From Cladosporium halotolerans (Eukaryota), in contig NW_027191454.1 in NCBI RefSeq assembly GCF_011745625.1, positions 248,001 to 312,000 on the forward strand: DNA of 64,000 nucleotides, in the 5' to 3' direction. Positions 58,901 to 64,000 of this stretch are shown here, piece after piece; positions within the stretch are counted from its first letter, which is position 1; each line of letters opens with the position of its first letter. Below the pieces are notes generated by a model. It searched no databases. It was given only the letters and a program-made list of their open reading frames with translations, and had not been told where the DNA came from. Made by a program: the position numbers and the translations under genes.

Positions 58901-61117
58901 AGGCTTGTCGGCAGAATTCAGGAAGCGACCGACATTATCGCCATTGAGCTTCGCCGCGATTTTGAAGTCGATATCATGGATCTCGAGTCGGAAACGCAGC
59001 CTTTGAAATTAGCGAAGGCACAGAAGATCCTCGGTCTTCTTAACAGCGCAATTGACGCATCGCCAAACAAGCCCAATATTGCACATAGCTTACTTGGCCT
59101 GCTCGAAGGCCAAGGCCGTATGCGCTCTGTCGTAACAGCCGACGACAGCTTGTTTGCCGCTGGACGGTCGCTCTTTCACATCATCGCACGCTCTGCTGTC
59201 GAGCTTCCGACAGTTTTTGGCGCAGGCAACGTCTCTTGGCTACTCTCGACGAAGCGCGGATGTCTCGAACTCATCACAAAGCTTGCCACTGCTACCTTGT
59301 CGTCTTCTCTCGTTCAAAACGAGCTCCGCAGCATGGACTTCCTTCCGGCGCTTGCGATGCGCTTGCTTGAGACGCGTGCGGACGTTGTTTGGGACTCGGT
59401 ATCTCTGCAGAGCACAGACATTCTTCTGCAGTCAGCAGGATGTGGAATCCGCGACTTCATGCGCATTCGTGAAGCATGGTTCGAATATGCTGGCTTAGAA
59501 TTACGATCTGTTGCCGCTGCTAGCATGAACTCTGTCCGTGAAAAGCAGGTCAATGCTCTGCTCGGCACGGTCGAGACCGGCGACGAGGAGCTTCCTGCTG
59601 CCTCCGTCCTCAATTTGATCGACTTTTATGACATAGAGGTGCATGAACCTTTGGAGGCCGATCTGACTTTGCTGAATGAGATCAACCTTTCATCCTGCGT
59701 AGTGGAAGACGCGGAATCCGTGGTTAAGTTCGACTTAGACATGATTGGGCAGCTTCTCACCCTGCGTAAACGTGAGCTTTGGCTCGATGGCACAATCACA
59801 GACGCCAGCGATGAGACACAGGCTCAGGACGAGATTTCAGCGCTTCTTGCTTCCCTGAGCAGCAGAAATTTGTACAGCGAAATTCAGCGTGCGCGACTGG
59901 ATGCTGTCGAAGCATGGACCGACTCTGTGTCTACGATCATAACCATTGGAGGACTTCCCGAGTCAACGCAAACGATCATCGCCCTGCAAGCGCTCCAAAT
60001 CGTCCTGCCCAAGTTTGAGAAGTCTCTGGCCGACAATATGGATGTGGCGGGCTTATTTGCACGTCTCACACTCACGCTCGTCAATGCAATAGCTGCAAAT
60101 ACTCTGGACTCTACCGACCAGCAAGCTGCCAACAACAGGGACGAAAGGATTCTCGCCGTATTCAGAGTTTGCCTCAAGGCTATCACGGATCCCGAAACAA
60201 CACCTGCGCTTCGGGATGTGTGCTACCGCACTTGCTGTCTTATCCAAAGCACGTCATCTTCGCCTGTGGCTTCGACAGCAACTCAGAGTGACAGGTCACA
60301 CGCTGCAGTACTAAACTCAAGCGCCAGACAACTTCTCCAGCAAGTCCAAACATCCGGAGAAAGAATCATCTCCGTGCTAACAGAAGACGCTTTCTCGGGC
60401 CGCGGCAGTACGCGAGTGTCCGCGTTGCTTTTCCTTGACGCGCTGATCGCACTCTTTCAGTCCGGCAAGGCAACTGCCTCACTCCTCAGAGCGCTCACGA
60501 AGCTCAACTTCGTACCCGTACTTTTGGATGGCAGCCTGAGCGGCATTAGCGGTGCCTTCCGCGATGATCACAAAGATTTGCCAACTACTCTGTCATACTT
60601 TCACACGGCTCTCGCGCTGCTCCTCAACTTGTGCAGGACAACAGACGGCTCGCAGCTGGTCCTTAACTCGGGCTTCTTCGCCGCCGTCAACGAATCTCAG
60701 CTGTTTTCCACAGATCCTGACATCGGCCTCGACATCGACAACCCCACTGCGCTGCACCACTTTTACCGCTTGCTCAGCTCTGTGTTGAGAGTCATCGTAG
60801 CGGTTGTGGCCGCTAGAGGACCGAACAACGCGAGCACAGTACAGCAAGCAAAGACCTTCCTCTCGCAGAACCGGTTCTGCATGCAGGCCATTTTCAAGCG
60901 GGCAAGCAAAGCCCCTCAGATGAAGGGAGAGCTGGCACACCAGGAAGACGCCAACAAGGTCGCGGAGGAGTTTGGGAAGTTGATAATTCTTACGGGTTTC
61001 CTAGAGGTGAGCAAGCATTCCGTTCCATCTACGCTGTCAAATGATTGTGTACTTACCCCTTTGCAGGATGATGAACCCGCGCATTCAAAGGGTATCAGGC
61101 GGAACGGTTTCACGTGA
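55994..61117 (+). CDS. NUP192: Nucleoporin Nup192 (Nup205 family)
   Basis: FREGAITVSDELDLDELEAAKL, LYGFLRWASQRLPTPRVAAFCELL, FPESLGS...GIEPYVDFV and LFSTDPDIGLDIDNP. Probable 60-nt in-frame terminal intron 61007-61066 (GTGAGC...CAG). Confidence 0.9.
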   Translation: MELEEPLERLQNLQRDLVSFTESRLANLDRLSIELETSLVDLRKLLERKRKSQQSRDALSATTSGDPATNKVQIGDREFSISNDFREGAITVSDELDLDELEAAKLCLAVAEDAEGVPETLPLRAILHFHRERETLLDCVRLIFRKAADPDADDQIALQLQDVVESILLGEERRQVERSAYWRKCIEGLTDIEALIRKTQDHVQLMAMTGQSLSTPTGEALQAQRMLLAHQHETLAAIMTFIIRGNHVLPEDFRQFLSKAASTESPLDVMAHYTPVLIAGSAYFGSDPATSDQAAQDLHKLFAPGPGQLQWKVKTFQYATTVWWLAEFSARFADCPADFTINGKSIAQLEEERSKLFKECCHQKAFHLMLSIADFLKPEVWYDPAKAGLVGFLLDNSALFPHDATAPSRHFAVLTMEEFQTFVNAFVSNMPDLLRQLKSQEDDERRNYLSSAIDQGHPDTMDLERFILVIARAYQEDQEAAEDFWSDKEGNLYGFLRWASQRLPTPRVAAFCELLRSIATDEKSANQAHRFLLEDTAMVSGKLRKAYAVSWTQIFNELELYAAMTKNKPAVAQPLTGPEDIMADPDVEEKETPIMLEAYLRLASHVCINSSDARNWILREQPFRLHDHLLQLVQSASPSNVQACCFDLLAALLTDKTPDINDGLWSALDTWIGGIGQPTTNAPRAQSASGLRGASEKHYLQSIAANPEVATSFVHLLNALIIPASNNSDPTLDALPFPESLGSVHRHVGIEPYVDFVLGQVLTQPLAQQGLYENRVLSNVLRHACLTFAWLCLSTFNENLVVLANTTNLAVESSMKTSSLATYTRLHPFARTMEHLFNNNTIAALFDSVHQLPEELETLDEMSPLVQATAKAVEVMNLAMKLQPTYFDIVRPVIKTQAPSRGMTVANAAIASFDDVMLSQLDTVVYLVNYAACRHVDLAMQSLDLLKRLSSSRKLTGIIDTMSGQRIGNRLVGRIQEATDIIAIELRRDFEVDIMDLESETQPLKLAKAQKILGLLNSAIDASPNKPNIAHSLLGLLEGQGRMRSVVTADDSLFAAGRSLFHIIARSAVELPTVFGAGNVSWLLSTKRGCLELITKLATATLSSSLVQNELRSMDFLPALAMRLLETRADVVWDSVSLQSTDILLQSAGCGIRDFMRIREAWFEYAGLELRSVAAASMNSVREKQVNALLGTVETGDEELPAASVLNLIDFYDIEVHEPLEADLTLLNEINLSSCVVEDAESVVKFDLDMIGQLLTLRKRELWLDGTITDASDETQAQDEISALLASLSSRNLYSEIQRARLDAVEAWTDSVSTIITIGGLPESTQTIIALQALQIVLPKFEKSLADNMDVAGLFARLTLTLVNAIAANTLDSTDQQAANNRDERILAVFRVCLKAITDPETTPALRDVCYRTCCLIQSTSSSPVASTATQSDRSHAAVLNSSARQLLQQVQTSGERIISVLTEDAFSGRGSTRVSALLFLDALIALFQSGKATASLLRALTKLNFVPVLLDGSLSGISGAFRDDHKDLPTTLSYFHTALALLLNLCRTTDGSQLVLNSGFFAAVNESQLFSTDPDIGLDIDNPTALHHFYRLLSSVLRVIVAVVAARGPNNASTVQQAKTFLSQNRFCMQAIFKRASKAPQMKGELAHQEDANKVAEEFGKLIILTGFLEVSKHSVPSTLSNDCVLTPLQDDEPAHSKGIRRNGFT

Positions 61118-61557
61118 GTGGCTAGGAAGGTCGCAGGGCTGCTGGGTTGGATTGCTTGATGGATACTCACCTGCATAGCGAGGCGTAGAATGGAGGTCTG
61201 CTACAAAATCTATGAATGAATTCAATACTCGCGAATTTCCGGGTATCGTGACTTCTGTAATTCACCGTACTTCATACCCACGTCTCTCTTGAGACAATTT
61301 CACAGATATCCTTTCGCGACAACGTCGCCCTGATGACGGAGCAGGCATCGTCAAAATGAGAAGGGACGCATTGCTCGATAAGCGCTTTTGAAATTCGAGC
61401 ATGCGCATAGATATTGTACAGACCCGCCATGTATAGATACAATGATATCGCCCGCGGTGGATGTTCCTTCAGCGAAACTGTTCTCTTTCAAAACTCCCAA
61501 AACGCCCAACTCATGCTGCCAGGTGTCTTCCCGGTCCCAACGATGCTTTTCTCCCAC

Positions 61558-62025
61558 TTATAACCGCAGACCAAGTCCCCAGTCCACCTTCCCGCCGACA
61601 TCCTTGATCTCATCCATCTTCGTGCCCACCTTCACCATCGAGTAGCGGATCATACGCGGGTCCAGACCGAGCGTCCTCTTAACGGCGTGCTGCGTCTTGG
61701 CAGACGAGTCGAAGCGCATGATGAAGTAGTGGCCGTTGTGGTAGGTTGCTCCCTGCTTGCGCGCGGGCTTGGGGAGCAGGAAGGTGCCCCAGTTTGTGAT
61801 GCCGCGGACGACGCCACCGGTGGAGAGGACCTGGTTGCCAGCTGTACGGGCGATTCTGCGCGGATTGGGTTAGAGAATGTTCTAGGGAGTTGTCTGTTGT
61901 AGGTGTGGGTGGATGTACTCTTTGATCTCGTTGACGCCGCGGCCGGGGCGGACCTGAAGATTTGTTAGCTAGCGCAAATCCGTCTTTGCGCCTCAACATA
62001 CCACTCCTATTAACTCGTACAACAT
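61558..62025 (-). CDS. MRP17: Mitochondrial ribosomal protein bS6m (Mrp17)
   Basis: Not in the ORF track. Exons 62025-62002, 61953-61919 and 61855-61558 give MLYELIGVVRPGRGVNEIKEIARTAGNQVLSTGGVVRGITNWGTFLLPK...GHYFIMRFDSS...LGLDPRMIRYSMVK. Confidence 0.9.
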
Positions 62026-62316
62026 GGCTGGTGTGATGTGCTGGTGTATACGCGCCGCTCTCCCTCACAGCAAGACGATGCGGGTGATGTCCAAAGATTG
62101 CGGCTAGCGCTCGGGAGAGATCTGATAATCTTATCTCGACGACGCTCGGCTTTCCGGTTCGCGCCCTACGAATTGGGTTATGTCATCCCCGAGGTCGCGC
62201 GCGCTCGCTTGCATGCGCTGCGATTGGACTCTGGGAGATCCTTCGAATAACTCTACTTGTTACTTTTCGACTACACACTCACACAATATTCCTATACCCG
62301 CATCTTTCCGCACACA

Positions 62317-62950
62317 ATGGCTTCCGCAGCAGTCGCAGGGCGCGCCTTCGCCCGTTCTCTCACTTCTCAGAGCTTCGCCCGCTGCGCCAGACCCCAGGTG
62401 CTGCGCCTGAGAGCTCCCGCGAGCAGGACATTTGCTGCCAGCGCAAGAGGTTTGTGCTGGATCGTGGAGCTCAAGAGTACAAGGAGCTAAAAACTTGCTA
62501 CAGCATTCGAGAAGAAGTACACCGAGGACCACGAATGGATCGAGCTTTCCTCCGACAAGAAGACTGGTACGAACCCACCCCACGACAACTTCTGCGACTT
62601 GCGCGACACCGACCTAACAAGCCACAGGAACCATTGGTGTCTCCGCCTACGCCGCTAAGGCCCTCGGCGATGTCGTGTACGTCGAGCTTCCCTCCGTTGA
62701 CCTCGAGGTCAGCGCCGGCGAGTCCATTGGTGCGGTGGAGTCCGTTAAGAGCGCCTCGGACATCATGACCCCGGTCAGCGGCAAGATCGTGGAGGCCAAC
62801 GCGGTGCTCGAGGACAAGCCCGGCACCATCAACCAGAGCCCTGAGGATGAGGGCTGGCTGGCGAAGATCGAGGTCGCGGACGCTGCTGAGATTGAGGGTC
62901 TAATGGATGCGGAGGCATATTCGGCTTTCACGGAGCAGGCCGACAGCTAA
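62317..62950 (+). CDS. GCV3: Glycine cleavage system H protein (mitochondrial)
   Basis: Arg/Ala/Ser-rich presequence; introns 62450-62503 and 62567-62627; KYTEDHEWI, LGDVVYVELP, lipoyl motif AVESVKSASD and INQSPEDEGW. Confidence 0.93.
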
Positions 62951-63317
62951 ACGCAGAACATGATTTGGACGCAAAATGCAATTCAACTTGTATGTACTAG
63001 TCACTTGCGGCTGTGCAGAGGTGTTGCCACCCGTGCGTGGGACGAGATGATGCGCAGTAATGAGGGTTCGTCACGGTATCGGGCTTCGAAGAATCGCCGT
63101 CGACGACAGGCAATGGCATCGGAAATACAAGGAGCGAAATGCCAAAAAGGTAGACACGCCTACTGTCAATCGAAACCGAGTTCAATGAGAACATTTGGCT
63201 GCTGTCACGCGTCGCTCACATGCACATTTTACCGCATTCCATAAGAGTCTAGCGCTATTGACAATTGGCACATGCTCACCTCCCTAGCCAAACCATCTCC
63301 AATCTGTCCGACTTCTA

Positions 63318-64000
63318 TCAGTGCTTCAACCCCGTCGAGTTCGCAAACCGATCAAACCTAAAATTCTCCAGCGCCGGATCCGCCTCCCCCTTCAAAATCT
63401 GCCTGCTCAACAGCTCACCCACAATAGCAGCATTAGTAACACCCGAATGCATAACCGCAATCGTAATCCCCTTCAACCCCTCCACCGGCCCCAGAATCGG
63501 CAACCCATCCCTCGGATCCGGCCTCGTGCCAATAGTATAATAATCAAAATCCAGCTCCTCGCCGCCCACGAGCGAAGCCTGGACTTGAGCAAAGAGCTCG
63601 TCGGCNNNNNNNNNNCGGCCGTCTTCTGCGGATCGTCGCCAACGTCTCCCCCAGTGTAGTCCGCGCCGGACCGGATGCGGCCCTCGAGCGCCGTCTGCCG
63701 CATGTGCAGGTCTTTGGCGTTGATCAGCGCGGAGAGGTAGGGTTTGCTCGTCGGCTTGGAGTTGACTAGCATTCCGTCGCGGCCGTCCAGCGGGAGTTCG
63801 ATGCCTTCGGCGGCGAGGAGGGGCACGCTACCTAGGCCAGCGGCGAGCACGACGTGGTCGGCGGAGATTTTTTGGCCAGAGGAGGTCAGGACGCCGCTAA
63901 TGGTGCTGTTGCTGGAGTGGAGGAAGCTCCCGACGGTGTCTTCGATGAGCGTGGCGCCGAAGGTCTCCTCGGCGTGCGCGGTCAACATCAGCGCGGCCTC
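63318..64000 (-). CDS. FAD-dependent oxidoreductase, DAO/glycine-oxidase (DadA-like) family; 5' part outside window; spans assembly gap
   Basis: ADHVVLAAGLGS, GTRPDPRDGLPILGP and AVMHSGVTNAAIVGELLS...FRFDRF. The two track ORFs join in frame if the N-gap and a duplicated CGGC are removed. Confidence 0.82.
63606..63615. other. Assembly gap (10 N)
   Basis: Ten N bases flanked on both sides by CGGC. Confidence 0.98.

Noticed and set aside
46758..61117. Lower GC and flat codon usage of TEL1 and NUP192 as a sign of foreign DNA or RIP
   Set aside because: Both are intact core eukaryotic genes; weak codon bias is expected for long, low-expression genes.
63570..63630. Pseudogene or programmed frameshift in the DAO-family gene
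   Set aside because: The frame change coincides exactly with the N gap and is resolved by a 4-bp flank overlap.

Overview
Eukaryotic, gene-dense fungal genomic DNA. Short GT-AG introns with CTRAY branch sites and the protein sequences point to a filamentous ascomycete (Pezizomycotina, probably Dothideomycetes; the taxon is inferred). I can support 25 protein-coding genes: REC8 (5'-truncated), a signal-peptide-less GH76, ATG16, an HGT1-like sugar porter, GDA1, FZO1, VPS2/DID4, PTC1, SNF4, a small hypothetical protein, LCB2, acetoacetyl-CoA synthetase, a C2H2 zinc-finger TF, an ATF/CREB-type bZIP TF, glyoxalase II, GTPBP1/2, a cupin, TOM22, eIF2B-delta, TEL1/ATM, NUP192, MRP17, GCV3 and a 5'-truncated DAO-family oxidoreductase interrupted by a 10-N gap. 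Several of these (ATG16, MRP17 and many first exons) are missing from the ORF track and were reconstructed from splice signals. I found no rRNA, tRNA, CRISPR array or recognisable transposon. The most unusual items are: (1) a structured ~175-190 bp tandem array (about 4 units) of conserved blocks and variable spacers just upstream of the C2H2 TF; (2) overlapping 5' splice donors in the LCB2 leader that would switch between a 3-codon uORF and an in-frame N-terminal extension; (3) an in-frame retainable intron in glyoxalase II encoding a transmembrane-like segment after a mitochondrial presequence; (4) oscillating C-rich and G-rich codon blocks inside several genes. All gene names come from recognising motifs by eye; no database searches were run.
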